DNA of 64,000 nucleotides from Falsiroseomonas sp. (GTDB lineage: Bacteria > Pseudomonadota > Alphaproteobacteria > Acetobacterales > Acetobacteraceae), in NCBI RefSeq assembly GCF_030695085.1, contig NZ_JAUYTS010000079.1:15208-79207 (forward strand). Reading direction: 5' to 3'. Of this stretch, positions 18,043 to 28,237 are shown piece by piece; the stretch's first letter is position 1, and each line of letters begins with the position of its first letter. The position numbers and the translations under genes were made by a program. The notes below the pieces were generated by a model. It saw only the letters and a list, made by a program, of their open reading frames with translations, searched no databases and was not told where the DNA came from.

Positions 18043-19772
18043 CCGACACCGCGGCACCCGCTTCGGATGCCGTGCAGGCCGCGATGCTGCTGGCGGTCGA
18101 TCCCGCAGGTCTCGGCGGCGCCGTGCTGCGCGCGGCGCCGGGTCCGGCGCGGGAAGGGTGGCTTGCCGGGCTGCGTGCGGCGTTGCCCACGGGCACGCCC
18201 TGGCGGCGCCTGCCGCTCGGCATCCCCGATTCGCGGCTGCTCGGCGGGCTGGACCTGGCCGGGACACTGGCCGCCGGACGGCCTGTGCTGGAACGCGGCG
18301 TGCTGGCGGAAGCCGATGGCGGCATGGTCATCGCCCCCATGGCGGAACGGCTGGAGGCGAATACCGCGGCGAAGCTTGCCGCGGTGCTGGATGCCGGTCA
18401 CGTAGCGGTGCAGCGAGACGGGCTGGACCTGATGCTGCCGGCGCGCGTTGCGCTGATCGCGCTGGATGAGGGGCTGACGGAGGAGGAAACGCTGCCGCCG
18501 GCGCTGGCGGAACGTCTCGCCTTCAGGCTGGAGCCGGAGACTGTGCCGCTGGGTGCCGCCCCGCAGATCGCTGTGGCCCGTGCACGGCTGGATCAGGTTG
18601 CGGTGCCCGATGCGCTGCTGGCCGCGCTGTGCGGCGCCGCCATGCAGTTCGGCATCGCCTCCCTCCGCGCGCCCCTGTTCGCGCTGCGGGCCGCGCGGGC
18701 TGCCGCGGCGCTGGCCGGACATGAGGCTGTGACGGAGGCGGATGCGGCGCTCGCCGTGCGGCTGGTCTATGGGCCGCGGGCGACCCGCCTGCCCGAATCG
18801 GATCCCGACCAGGCGGAGCCACCGCCCTCGCCGGAGGAGAACCCGCAGGACAGCGACCAGCCCGAGCCGCAGCCCGGCCCGCAGGAATTGCAGGAGATGC
18901 TGCTGGAAGCGACGCGCGCGGCGCTGCCCGCTGGGCTGCTTGCTGCGCTCGGCGCCGGCGCGCGTGATGCGGCGCGGCAGGCGGGCGCGCAGGGTCGGGA
19001 AGGCCAGCGCCGCATGTCCGCACTGCGTGGCCGCCCAATCGGCACGCGCGCAGGTGCGCTGCGGGCCGGTGCCAGGCTGTCGCTGGTGGAGACGCTGCGC
19101 GCGGCCGCACCCTGGCAGGGCATTCGCCGGCGGGAACGTGGCGACCGGCCCGGCCCGCTGGTGCTGGTGAAACAGGATGACGTCCGCCTGCTGCGCTTCC
19201 AGCAGCATACCGAAACCACCGCGATCTTCGCCGTCGATGCTTCCGGCTCCGCCGCGCTCGCGCGGCTTGCCGAGGCGAAGGGCGCGGTGGAACTGCTGCT
19301 GGCCGATTGCTATGTGCGGCGCGACCGCGTCGCCGTGGTCGCCTTCCGCGGCCGCGCGGCGGAGCTGCTGTTGCCGCCGACCAATTCGCTTCTGCGTGCC
19401 AAGCGCAGCCTCGCTGGGCTTCCAGGTGGAGGCGCCACGCCGCTCGCCGCCGGCATCGATGCGGCCATGGCGCTGGCCGAGGAAGCGCGCCGCCGAGGCC
19501 GCACGCCGCTGCTGGTGCTGCTGACCGATGGCCGCGCCAATATCGCCCGCGACGGCACGGCGGGCCGCCCGCGCGCCGAGGCCGATGCGCTGGCTGCCGC
19601 AGCACCCTGCCGCGCCGCCGGGATTGCCACGCTGCTGGTCGATACCGCACCGCGCCCGCAACCCTTCGCGAAGCAGCTGGCCGAGGCGATGGGGGCCCGC
19701 TACCTGGCTTTGCCCAGCGTGGATTCGCAAAAGCTGTCGGCCGCGGTGGCGACGACACGGGAGGTGGCGTGA
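18039..19772 (+). CDS. bchD: Magnesium chelatase subunit D
   Basis: AAA-like N-terminus, Pro/acidic linker (EPPPSPEENPQDSDQPEPQP), vWA domain with VDASGS MIDAS and LLTDGRAN. Confidence 0.96.
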   Translation: MTDTAAPASDAVQAAMLLAVDPAGLGGAVLRAAPGPAREGWLAGLRAALPTGTPWRRLPLGIPDSRLLGGLDLAGTLAAGRPVLERGVLAEADGGMVIAPMAERLEANTAAKLAAVLDAGHVAVQRDGLDLMLPARVALIALDEGLTEEETLPPALAERLAFRLEPETVPLGAAPQIAVARARLDQVAVPDALLAALCGAAMQFGIASLRAPLFALRAARAAAALAGHEAVTEADAALAVRLVYGPRATRLPESDPDQAEPPPSPEENPQDSDQPEPQPGPQELQEMLLEATRAALPAGLLAALGAGARDAARQAGAQGREGQRRMSALRGRPIGTRAGALRAGARLSLVETLRAAAPWQGIRRRERGDRPGPLVLVKQDDVRLLRFQQHTETTAIFAVDASGSAALARLAEAKGAVELLLADCYVRRDRVAVVAFRGRAAELLLPPTNSLLRAKRSLAGLPGGGATPLAAGIDAAMALAEEARRRGRTPLLVLLTDGRANIARDGTAGRPRAEADALAAAAPCRAAGIATLLVDTAPRPQPFAKQLAEAMGARYLALPSVDSQKLSAAVATTREVA

Positions 19773-20653
19773 TGGCCGAACGCCCCAACTGGAACATCGA
19801 GGGTCGCGACTGGCCGAACCGGGCGGCGAGCCGATTCGTCACCGCTGCCGGGCTGCGCTGGCATGTGCAGGTGATGGGCCAGGGGCCTGTGCTGCTGCTG
19901 CTGCACGGCACCGCCGCGGCCACGCATTCCTGGCGCGACCTGATGCCGCTGCTGGCGCGCGACTTCACCGTGGTGGCGCCCGATCTGCCAGGCCATGGAT
20001 TCTCGGATGGCGTGCCGGCGGTGCGGCTTTCGCTGCCGCATATGGCGGCCTCCGTCGCAGCGTTGCTCGGCGTGCTCGGGATGCGGCCGGTGCTGGCGGC
20101 GGGTCATTCGGCGGGGGCGGCGATCCTGCTGCGCATGGCGCTCGATGGGCGCATCGCACCGGATTGCATCCTCAGCCTGAATGGCGCCCTGCAGCCGCTG
20201 GGGGATCGCCACGCCGCCTTCTTCACGCGCACGGCGCGGATGCTGGTGGGCCTGCCCTTCGTGCCGAGCCTGTTCGCCTGGCGGGCCGCGGATCGCGCGG
20301 TGGCGGAGCGGTTGTTGCGCGATACCGGCAGCCGGATCGAGGCGCGCGGCGTCGATCTCTACGCCCGGCTGTTCCGCCATTCCGGCCATCTGGCCGCGGC
20401 CTTGGGCATGATGGCGCATTGGGATCTGGTGCCGCTGCTGCGCGACCTGCCGAGGCTGGCGCCGCGCCTGGTGCTGGTGGTGGGAGCCGAGGATCGCGCG
20501 GTGCCACCGGTGCAGGCGGAGGCCGTGCGAAAGCGCCTGCCCACCGCGCGAATCGTCACGCTGCCAGGGCTTGGCCATCTGGCACATGAGGAACAGCCGG
20601 CGCAGGTTGCGACTCTCATTCAGCAGGAATGCGCGGGGGCGCTGGCGGCATGA
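19772..20653 (+). CDS. bchO: Alpha/beta hydrolase BchO
   Basis: EGRDWPNRAASRFV N-terminus, GHSAG nucleophile elbow, GHLAHEE; follows bchD. Confidence 0.93.
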   Translation: MAERPNWNIEGRDWPNRAASRFVTAAGLRWHVQVMGQGPVLLLLHGTAAATHSWRDLMPLLARDFTVVAPDLPGHGFSDGVPAVRLSLPHMAASVAALLGVLGMRPVLAAGHSAGAAILLRMALDGRIAPDCILSLNGALQPLGDRHAAFFTRTARMLVGLPFVPSLFAWRAADRAVAERLLRDTGSRIEARGVDLYARLFRHSGHLAAALGMMAHWDLVPLLRDLPRLAPRLVLVVGAEDRAVPPVQAEAVRKRLPTARIVTLPGLGHLAHEEQPAQVATLIQQECAGALAA

Positions 20654-21678
20654 ACAGGTTGCAGGGTCTAGCCGCCGAGGATCGTGCCGCCTGCCGCGCC
20701 ATGCTCGCCAGCGGGTCGAAATCCTTCCGGGCTGCTTCACTACTGCTGCCGGCGCGAATCGCGGAACCGGCGGCGGCGCTCTATGCCTTCTGCCGCGTCG
20801 CCGATGACGCGATCGATGAGGCGCCGGACCCCGTCGCGGCCCTGCCGCCGCTGCAGCGCAGGCTGGATGCGATCTATGCCGGGCGGCCGCAGGCGCATGC
20901 GGCGGATCGCGCCTTCGCCGTGGTGGTCCGGGATTTTGCCATCCCGCAGGTGCTGCCCGCCGCGCTGCTTGAGGGTTTCGCCTGGGATGGCGAGGGCCGG
21001 CGCTACGCCGATCTCGCAGCGCTGGAGGGCTATGCCGCGCGTGTTGCCGCCACGGTCGGCGCGATGATGACGCTGCTGATGGGGGTGCGCGATGCCGCCG
21101 CGCTCGCGCGTGCCTGTGACCTCGGCGTGGCCATGCAGTTCACCAACATCGCCCGCGATGTGGGAGAGGACGCGCGCAATGGCCGGCTCTATTTGCCGCT
21201 CGACTGGTTGGCGCAGGAAGCGATTTCGGCGGAGGAATTCCTCGCCCGGCCGGTCTTCACCCCGGCGCTCGGCCGTGTGGTGCAGCGGCTGCTGGATGCG
21301 GCGGATGTGCTGTATGCGCGGGCGGAGGATGGCTTCGCCCGGCTGCCCTGGGATTGCCGTGCGGGCATCGGCGCCGCGCGCCACGTCTATGCCGGGATCG
21401 GCCGCGCGGTGGAACGCCAGGGCGGCGATTCGGTCAGCCGGCGCGCCATGGTGCCGAACCGCAGCAAGGCGCTGCTGATGGCGCGTGGCGCCGCGGCGCT
21501 GACCGCCCGGCGCGCCGCCAATCCGGCACCACCCCTGCCGGCGACCCGCTTCCTGGTGGAAGCGGTGGCCGCGCAGGCGCCGCTGTCCAAAGATCGGCTG
21601 GCGGAGCGGATTGCCCGCGCTGTCGCCCTGTTCGATCGCCTGGCGGAAAGTGCGACTCTGGGTCCGATGGCGCGCTGA
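20650..21678 (+). CDS. crtB: Phytoene synthase
   Basis: GSKSFRAAS, YAFCRVADDAID, LGVAMQFTNIARDVGEDA and GRLYLP motifs. Confidence 0.95.
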   Translation: MNRLQGLAAEDRAACRAMLASGSKSFRAASLLLPARIAEPAAALYAFCRVADDAIDEAPDPVAALPPLQRRLDAIYAGRPQAHAADRAFAVVVRDFAIPQVLPAALLEGFAWDGEGRRYADLAALEGYAARVAATVGAMMTLLMGVRDAAALARACDLGVAMQFTNIARDVGEDARNGRLYLPLDWLAQEAISAEEFLARPVFTPALGRVVQRLLDAADVLYARAEDGFARLPWDCRAGIGAARHVYAGIGRAVERQGGDSVSRRAMVPNRSKALLMARGAAALTARRAANPAPPLPATRFLVEAVAAQAPLSKDRLAERIARAVALFDRLAESATLGPMAR

Positions 21679-21681
21679 GTC

Positions 21682-22491
21682 TCAGCGCACCACCGCCAGC
21701 CGGTACAGATGCCAGGTCGCATGCCCCAGCACCGGCAGCACGACGGCCAGCCCGATGAACAGCGGCAGCGAGCCGAGCAGCAGCAGCACCGCCACAATCA
21801 GCCCCCAGGCCGCCATCGGCAGTGGATTCTTCGCGACCACGCGCAGCGAGGTGCCGATGGCCTGCCCCAGCCCGGCCTGCGGCCGGTCCAGCAGCATGGG
21901 AAAGGACACCACCGTCAGCGCCAGCACCAGCGCGGCGAAGCCAAGTCCAACCACGTGGCCCAGCAGCAGCATGCGCTGCCCCTCCGACGTGCCGAAGACC
22001 TGTTCCAGCAGCGCCAGGCCGCCGCCGTTGAAGCGCGGGTCCTGCGCCAGCGTGCCGAGGGTGGCCGCATGGATCGCATCCGCCGCCCAAAGCCAGGCGA
22101 GGAACACAACCAGCAGCAGTACGCCGAGGCCGATGATGGCCGGCAGAGCCGGTGCACGCAGCACACCGAACACATCGGTCCAATGGGTCGGCTGCCCGGC
22201 CTCCCGCCGCCGGCTGATCTCATACAGGCCGAGCGCGGCAAGCGGGCCGACCAGGGCGAAGCCGGCGGCCATCGGGTAGAACAGGTGCATCACCTCGCCC
22301 CCCGCCGCCAGCGTGGCCGCCACCAGCCCGATGAGTGGATAGAGGACACAGAGGAACATCAACTGCGTCGGCGTGGCCAGGAAATCAGCCCAGCCCTCGC
22401 GCAGGGCGGCGCGCAGATCCCCCAGCCCGATGCGCCGCAGCGCCGGCGGGGAGAGATCGAGATGTCGCGTGGTGGTCATAGCCTCAGCCAT
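21682..22491 (-). CDS. DUF2189-like integral membrane protein
   Basis: About 6 TM helices; GFALVGPLAALGLYEISRRRE, VVSFPMLLDR and LPVLGHATWHLY motifs typical of DUF2189. Confidence 0.8.
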   Translation of the reverse strand: MAEAMTTTRHLDLSPPALRRIGLGDLRAALREGWADFLATPTQLMFLCVLYPLIGLVAATLAAGGEVMHLFYPMAAGFALVGPLAALGLYEISRRREAGQPTHWTDVFGVLRAPALPAIIGLGVLLLVVFLAWLWAADAIHAATLGTLAQDPRFNGGGLALLEQVFGTSEGQRMLLLGHVVGLGFAALVLALTVVSFPMLLDRPQAGLGQAIGTSLRVVAKNPLPMAAWGLIVAVLLLLGSLPLFIGLAVVLPVLGHATWHLYRLAVVR

Positions 22492-22560
22492 CGTTCGCTT
22501 CCCCCATTCAGGTTCCACGGACGGCCCGGTGCCGGCGATGGCCGGCAAGGACCCCGCGAC

Positions 22561-22672
22561 TGTCAAGTGGGGCGTACAGGGCCTCGCTGCGCCTCAAGCC
22601 CGCGTGACCGAATGACGGTTGACTTGACTGTCAAGAAAGTCTGACACTCCGGACTGACAAGCTGGACTTACA
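22561..22672. promoter_or_regulatory. Three PpsR boxes in the DUF2189/crtE divergent region
   Basis: TGTCAAGTGGGGCGTACA (22561-22578), TGTCAAGAAAGTCTGACA (22629-22646) and TGACAAGCTGGACTTACA (22655-22672, one mismatch). Confidence 0.85.
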
Positions 22673-22700
22673 TCAGGCCGGCGCGTTCGGGAGGTTGCCA

Positions 22701-23573
22701 ATGGATACGGTGTCGCGGATCGAAGCCAGCCTGGCGGATGCGGTGCTTTGCGCCGAAGCGGCCGGTGCACCGCCCCGGCTTGCGGCGGCCATGCGGCATG
22801 CGGTGTTTCCGAAGGGCGGGCGCATCCGCCCGCGGCTGACACTCGCGGTGGCCGCGGCCTGCGGCGATGACCGCCCGGCGCTGTCCTCCGCCGCCGCCGC
22901 GGCGATCGAACTGCTGCATTGCGCCAGCCTGGTGCATGACGACCTGCCCTGCTTCGACGATGCCGCCACCCGCCGCGGCAAGCCCAGCGTGCACCGCGCC
23001 TTCGGCGAGCCACTGGCCGTACTGGCCGGCGATGCGCTGATCGTGCTGGCCTTCCAGACCCTGGCGCGGGCCGCGCCGGCGGGGCCGGAACGGCTGGGCC
23101 CGTTGCTGTTGATCGTCGGCGATGGCGTCGGCGTGCCCTTCGGCATCGTCGCCGGCCAGGCCTGGGAGTGCGAGCCGCGCGCCGACCTTTCCGAATACCA
23201 GCGGCAGAAAACCGGCAGCCTGTTCGCCGCCGCGACCGTCGCCGGCGCCACTGCCGCGGGCCATGCGGAGCCGGAAGCCTGGCGCCTGCTCGGCGACCGG
23301 CTGGGCGAGGCCTACCAGGTGGCGGATGACCTGCGCGACGCGGTGGAGGATGAGGCCACCATCGGCAAGCCCGTGGGTGTGGACAAGGCGCTCGGGCGGC
23401 CGAGCGCGGTGGCCGAATTCGGCCTCGCCGGCGCGGTGGCACGGCTGCTGGCGCTGTCCGAACAGGCGGTGGCGGCGATTCCGGAATGCCGCGGCCAGGC
23501 GCTGCTGCGTGGCCTGATCCTGGCCGAGTCGAAGCGCCTGATGCCGGCGAAGCTGGCCGCCCAGGCGGCGTGA
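22701..23573 (+). CDS. crtE: Geranylgeranyl diphosphate synthase
   Basis: GGRIRP, HCASLVHDDLPCFDDAATRRG (FARM) and YQVADD (SARM); GGGAGG RBS. Confidence 0.96.
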   Translation: MDTVSRIEASLADAVLCAEAAGAPPRLAAAMRHAVFPKGGRIRPRLTLAVAAACGDDRPALSSAAAAAIELLHCASLVHDDLPCFDDAATRRGKPSVHRAFGEPLAVLAGDALIVLAFQTLARAAPAGPERLGPLLLIVGDGVGVPFGIVAGQAWECEPRADLSEYQRQKTGSLFAAATVAGATAAGHAEPEAWRLLGDRLGEAYQVADDLRDAVEDEATIGKPVGVDKALGRPSAVAEFGLAGAVARLLALSEQAVAAIPECRGQALLRGLILAESKRLMPAKLAAQAA

Positions 23574-23581
23574 AACCCGCC

Positions 23582-24724
23582 ATGCAGGCGCCCGCCATTC
23601 CCGCACCCGGCCTGATGGACCGCTTTCGCGCGTGGCGCGAAGGCGTCACGGCCAATCCGCGCTTCCGCGCCTGGGCCGCACGCTTTCCGCTGACCCGGCC
23701 GGTGGCGCGGCGCCGGGCGCGGCAGTTGTTCGATCTCTGCGCCGGCTTTGTCTATTCGCAGGTGCTGGCCGCCTGCGTGCGGCTGCGGCTGTTCGAGATG
23801 CTGCATGAATCGCCCGCCAGCGAGGCTGCTCTGGCGCTCCGCCTGGCGGTGCCGCCGGAGGCAATGGGCCGCCTGCTGGCCGCCGCCGCCGCGCTGGACC
23901 TGACCCGCCAACGCCAGGACGGCATGTGGGTGCTGGGGCCGCTCGGGGCGGCGATGATCGGCAATCCCGGCATCGCCGCCATGGTGGAGCACCACGCGCT
24001 GCTCTACGCCGATCTGGCCGATCCGGTGGCGCTGCTGCGGCGTGACCGCGGTGGCAATGCGCTGTCCAATTACTGGGCCTATGCCGGTGCCGATGCGCCC
24101 GAGGCGCTGGGGGCGGAGCGCGTTGCGGATTACTCCGCGCTGATGGCGGCCTCCCAGCCCATGGTCGCGGCGGAGGTGCTGGCCAGCTACGATTTCCGGC
24201 GCCACCGCGCGCTGCTCGATGTCGGCGGCGGGGAGGGGGCCTTCCTGGCGGAGGTCGCCCCGGCCGCGCCCGATCTGCGGCTGATGCTGTTCGACCTGCC
24301 CCAGGTGGCGGCGCGTGCCACGGCGCGTTTTGCTTCGCGCGGCCTGGCTGATCGTTCGCAGGTGTTCGGCGGCGATTTCAGCACCGATCCGCTGCCGCAG
24401 GGCGCCGACCTCATCAGCTTCGTCCGCGTGCTGCACGACCATGACGATGCCGTGGTGCTGGGCCTGCTGCGCGCTGCCCGCGCCGCGCTGCCACCCGGCG
24501 GCCGCCTGCTGATTGCCGAGCCGATGGCCGGCACCAGCGGCGCCGAGCCGATGGGGGAGGCGTATTTCGGCTTCTACCTGCTGGCCATGGGCCGCGGCCG
24601 TCCGCGCCGTGCGGAGGAGCTGCAAGCCATGCTCGCTGCCGCAGGATTCGCCCGCAGCCGAGCCCTGCCGACGCCGACGCCGCTGCTGACCCAGGTGCTT
24701 GTCGCCGATGTCAGCATTACCTGA
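23582..24724 (+). CDS. crtF: Carotenoid (hydroxyneurosporene) O-methyltransferase
   Basis: ARQLFDLCAGFVYSQVL, LLDVGGGEG SAM motif and EAYFGFYLLAMGRGRPR; follows crtE. Confidence 0.95.
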   Translation: MQAPAIPAPGLMDRFRAWREGVTANPRFRAWAARFPLTRPVARRRARQLFDLCAGFVYSQVLAACVRLRLFEMLHESPASEAALALRLAVPPEAMGRLLAAAAALDLTRQRQDGMWVLGPLGAAMIGNPGIAAMVEHHALLYADLADPVALLRRDRGGNALSNYWAYAGADAPEALGAERVADYSALMAASQPMVAAEVLASYDFRRHRALLDVGGGEGAFLAEVAPAAPDLRLMLFDLPQVAARATARFASRGLADRSQVFGGDFSTDPLPQGADLISFVRVLHDHDDAVVLGLLRAARAALPPGGRLLIAEPMAGTSGAEPMGEAYFGFYLLAMGRGRPRRAEELQAMLAAAGFARSRALPTPTPLLTQVLVADVSIT

Positions 24725-24776
24725 CGCTCGCATGTCAGTTTGTCTTGACATGTGCGACTGTCAGGGTAGGCTGACA
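24709..24776. promoter_or_regulatory. Three tandem PpsR boxes upstream of bchC
   Basis: TGTCAGCATTACCTGACG (24709-24726), TGTCAGTTTGTCTTGACA (24733-24750) and TGTCAGGGTAGGCTGACA (24759-24776). Confidence 0.88.
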
Positions 24777-24803
24777 CACAAGGAAAAGGGAGCAACCGTC
24801 CAG

Positions 24804-25733
24804 GTGGACACGGTGGCAGTCTTGCTGGAAGCGCCGGAACGTCTCGTTCTCAGCCGCCTCGACCTCACGCCTCCGGGCGAGGAGGACATCGTGGTGGATG
24901 TGGAATGGAGCGGGATCAGCACCGGCACCGAGCGTCTGCTGTGGTCCGGCCGGATGCCGCCCTTCCCGGGCATGGGCTACCCGCTGGTGCCTGGCTACGA
25001 ATCGGTGGGCCGCGTGGCCTCCGCTGGTGCCGCCTCGAAGCGTCGTGTGGGTGAGCGGGTCTTCGTGCCTGGTGCGAAGTGCTTCGGTCCGGTGCGTGGG
25101 CTTTTTGGTGGCGCCGCTTCGCGTCTGGTTGTGCCAGGTGCGCGGGCCGTGCCGATCGATGAGGCGCTGGGCGAAGATGGCGTGCTGATGGCCCTCGCCG
25201 GCACCGCGCAGCATGCCATCGCGGCGGAACTGCCGGAGCTGATCATCGGCCATGGCGTGCTCGGCCGGCTGGTGGCGCGGCTGGTGGTGGCGGCCGGTGG
25301 TGCGCCCACGGTGTGGGAGACCAACCCGGCGCGTGCCGATGGGGCCATGGGCTACCAGGTCGTGGCGCCTGAAAACGACGCGCGGCGTGATTATCGCAGC
25401 ATCTGCGATGTCAGTGGCGACAGTGGATTGCTCGACACGCTGGTGCAGCGCCTGGCGCCGGGCGGCGAGATCGTGCTGGCGGGCTTCTACAGCGCGCCGC
25501 TCAGCTTCTCTTTTCCACCCGCCTTCATGCGGGAGGCGCGGTTCCGTGTCGCCGCGGAATGGCGGGAGCCGGATCTGATTGCAGTGCGTGACTTGCTCGA
25601 TGCCGGGCGTCTGTCCTTCGAAGGCCTGATCACGCATCGGCGTGACGCGACGGCCGCACCGGACGCCTACCGTACCGCCTTCAATGACCCGGCGTGCCTC
25701 AAGATGATCCTCGATTGGAGAGCATGCTCATGA
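24804..25733 (+). CDS. bchC: Chlorophyllide/bacteriochlorophyllide 3-hydroxyethyl dehydrogenase
   Basis: GTG start (M)DTVAVLLEAPERL; WSGISTGTERLLWSG, YPLVPGYESVG and FNDPACLKMILDW motifs. Confidence 0.96.
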   Translation: MDTVAVLLEAPERLVLSRLDLTPPGEEDIVVDVEWSGISTGTERLLWSGRMPPFPGMGYPLVPGYESVGRVASAGAASKRRVGERVFVPGAKCFGPVRGLFGGAASRLVVPGARAVPIDEALGEDGVLMALAGTAQHAIAAELPELIIGHGVLGRLVARLVVAAGGAPTVWETNPARADGAMGYQVVAPENDARRDYRSICDVSGDSGLLDTLVQRLAPGGEIVLAGFYSAPLSFSFPPAFMREARFRVAAEWREPDLIAVRDLLDAGRLSFEGLITHRRDATAAPDAYRTAFNDPACLKMILDWRACS

Positions 25734-26749
25734 CCGCACAAACCGGTTCACAGCCCGCGCCGTCCGCACAGCAGAGCATGGCGGATGCGCTGCGGGCGGA
25801 AGCGGAGCAGGAGCCGGACGCGGTGGCGACGGGGCCTGTGAAGAAGGAAACGCAGATCATCGCCATCTACGGCAAGGGCGGCATCGGCAAGTCCTTCACC
25901 CTGGCGAACCTGTCCTACATGATGGCGCAGCAGGGCAAGCGCGTGCTGCTGATCGGCTGCGACCCGAAATCCGACACCACCAGCCTGCTGTTCGGCGGCC
26001 GTTCCGTGCCGACGATCATCGAAACGTCTTCGAAGAAGAAGGCGGCCGGTGAGGCGGTGAAGATCGGCGATGTCTGCTTCAAGCGCGACGGCGTCTTCGC
26101 CATGGAGCTCGGCGGCCCGGAAGTCGGCCGCGGCTGCGGCGGGCGCGGCATCATCCACGGCTTCGAATTGCTGGAGAAGCTCGGCTTTCACCAGTGGGAT
26201 TTCGACTACGTGCTGCTCGACTTCCTGGGCGACGTGGTCTGCGGCGGCTTCGGCCTGCCGATCGCACGCGACATGTGCCAGAAGGTGATCGTGGTCGGAT
26301 CGAACGACCTGCAGTCGCTGTATGTGGCGAACAACGTCTGCTCCGCGGTTGAGTACTTCAAGAAGCTCGGCGGCAATGTCGGCGTGGCCGGCATGGTCAT
26401 CAACAAGGATGACGGAACCGGGGAGGCGCAGGCCTTCGCGAAGGAAGTCGGCATCCCGGTGCTGGCCGCCATCCCGGCCGATGACGACATCCGGCGCAAG
26501 TCCGCCAATTACGAGATTGTCGGCGTGCCAGGTGGCCAATGGGCCAGCGTGTTCGAGGAACTCGCCCTGCAGGTCGCAGGCGCACCGCCGGTGCGGCCCT
26601 ACCCGCTGACGCATGAGAATCTGCTGAACCTGTTCAAGGGCGATGCGGTCGGCCGCGGCGTCGTGCTCGACCCGGCAACGATGGAAGACATGTGCGGCGC
26701 CGAGGTGCTGAACAAGCCGTCCCTCGAAGTCGTCTATGAGGGCGCCTGA
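25730..26749 (+). CDS. bchX: Chlorophyllide reductase iron protein subunit X
   Basis: [30 protein letters not shown] and [11 protein letters not shown] motifs. Confidence 0.98.
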   Translation: MTAQTGSQPAPSAQQSMADALRAEAEQEPDAVATGPVKKETQIIAIYGKGGIGKSFTLANLSYMMAQQGKRVLLIGCDPKSDTTSLLFGGRSVPTIIETSSKKKAAGEAVKIGDVCFKRDGVFAMELGGPEVGRGCGGRGIIHGFELLEKLGFHQWDFDYVLLDFLGDVVCGGFGLPIARDMCQKVIVVGSNDLQSLYVANNVCSAVEYFKKLGGNVGVAGMVINKDDGTGEAQAFAKEVGIPVLAAIPADDDIRRKSANYEIVGVPGGQWASVFEELALQVAGAPPVRPYPLTHENLLNLFKGDAVGRGVVLDPATMEDMCGAEVLNKPSLEVVYEGA

Positions 26750-26752
26750 ATC

Positions 26753-28234
26753 ATGACCGAGACCGCAGGCTGCCACGGAGGCCGTGAGACGTTGGAGGCC
26801 GCCGCGCGCGCCGCCGGCAAGTCTCTGGTGATGGACGAGCTGACCAAGAACTACCCGCGCGGTCCGCATGACCAGCCACAGAGCATGTGCCCGGCTTTCG
26901 GATCCTTGCGCGTCGGGCTGCGGATGCGGCGCACGGCGACGATTTTGTCGGGCAGCGCCTGCTGCGTGTACGGGTTGACCTTCACCAGCCATTTCTACGG
27001 TGCGCGGCGCACGGTGGGCTATGTGCCCTTCAATTCCGAGACGCTGGTGACCGGCAAGCTGTTCGAGGATATCCGCGATGCGGTGACGGAGACCGCGAAG
27101 CCGGAAGACTACGACGCTGTTGTCATCATCAACCTGTGTGTGCCCACCGCCTCCGGCGTGCCGCTCGACCTGCTGCCGAAGCAGATCAACGGCGTCCGCA
27201 TCATCGGTATCGACGTGCCGGGCTTTGGTGTGCCGACGCATGCGGAAGCCAAGGATGTGCTGGCCGGCGCCATGCTGCGCTACGCCCGTGGCGAGGCCGA
27301 GGCCGGTCCCGTGGCGCGACCGCGGCAGATGGTGGATGGCGCGCGCAGTGTCGCGCTGATTGGCGAGCTGTTTCCAGCGGACCCGATGGGTGTCGGCGCG
27401 ATGCTTGCGCCGATGGGCCTGACCGTCGCACCGCAGACACCGGCACGCGAATGGCGTGACCTCTATGCCGCGCTGGACTGCGAAGTCGCCGCCGCGGTGC
27501 ACCCCTTCTACACCGCCAGCATCCGCGAATTCCGTGCCGCCGGCCGACCTGTGGTCGGCTCCGGCCCTGTCGGGCATGACGGCACGGCGGCTTGGTTGGA
27601 GGCCATCGCACGCGCCACCGGCACCAGCGCCGCGCAGCTCGATGCCGCCAAGGCGCGCGCGCTGCCGGCGATCAAGGCGGCACTGGAAGCCGCCCCGATC
27701 AACGCGCGTATCACCGTCTCCGGCTACGAGGGTTCCGAATTGCTGGTGGCACGGCTGCTGTCGGAAGCCGGCGCGGAGGTGCCCTATGTCGGCACCGCAT
27801 GCCCGCGCACCGAGTGGTCCGACGCCGACCGTGAATGGCTGGAGGCGCGCGGCACGCATGTGCAGTTCCGTGCCAGCCTGGAGCAGGACATGGCGGCGAT
27901 GCGGGAGGTGAAGCCGGACCTGGCGCTCGGCACCACGCCGCTGGTGCAGAAGGCCAAGGAGCTCGGCATCCCCGCGCTGTACTTCACGAACATGGTCTCC
28001 GCCCGGCCGCTGTTCGGCGCGCCTGGTGCCGGTTCCATGGCCGGGATCGTCGCGGCGCAGACCAAGGGGCGGGAGCGCTTCGGCCGCATGGTCAGCTTCT
28101 TCGAAGGTGTCGGCACGCCGGATGGCGCGGGCTACGGCTTCCGCGAGAAGCCGGTGGACCCGCCGGGCTTCCGGGAGCGTCAACGCAAGATCCAGGCCGC
28201 CAAGGCGAAAGCCGAAGAATCGGTGGGGACCTGA
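26753..28234 (+). CDS. bchY: Chlorophyllide reductase subunit Y
   Basis: HDQPQSMCPAFGSLRVGLRMRR, LSGSACCVYG and YFTNMVSARPL motifs. Confidence 0.97.
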   Translation: MTETAGCHGGRETLEAAARAAGKSLVMDELTKNYPRGPHDQPQSMCPAFGSLRVGLRMRRTATILSGSACCVYGLTFTSHFYGARRTVGYVPFNSETLVTGKLFEDIRDAVTETAKPEDYDAVVIINLCVPTASGVPLDLLPKQINGVRIIGIDVPGFGVPTHAEAKDVLAGAMLRYARGEAEAGPVARPRQMVDGARSVALIGELFPADPMGVGAMLAPMGLTVAPQTPAREWRDLYAALDCEVAAAVHPFYTASIREFRAAGRPVVGSGPVGHDGTAAWLEAIARATGTSAAQLDAAKARALPAIKAALEAAPINARITVSGYEGSELLVARLLSEAGAEVPYVGTACPRTEWSDADREWLEARGTHVQFRASLEQDMAAMREVKPDLALGTTPLVQKAKELGIPALYFTNMVSARPLFGAPGAGSMAGIVAAQTKGRERFGRMVSFFEGVGTPDGAGYGFREKPVDPPGFRERQRKIQAAKAKAEESVGT

Positions 28235-28237
28235 CGC

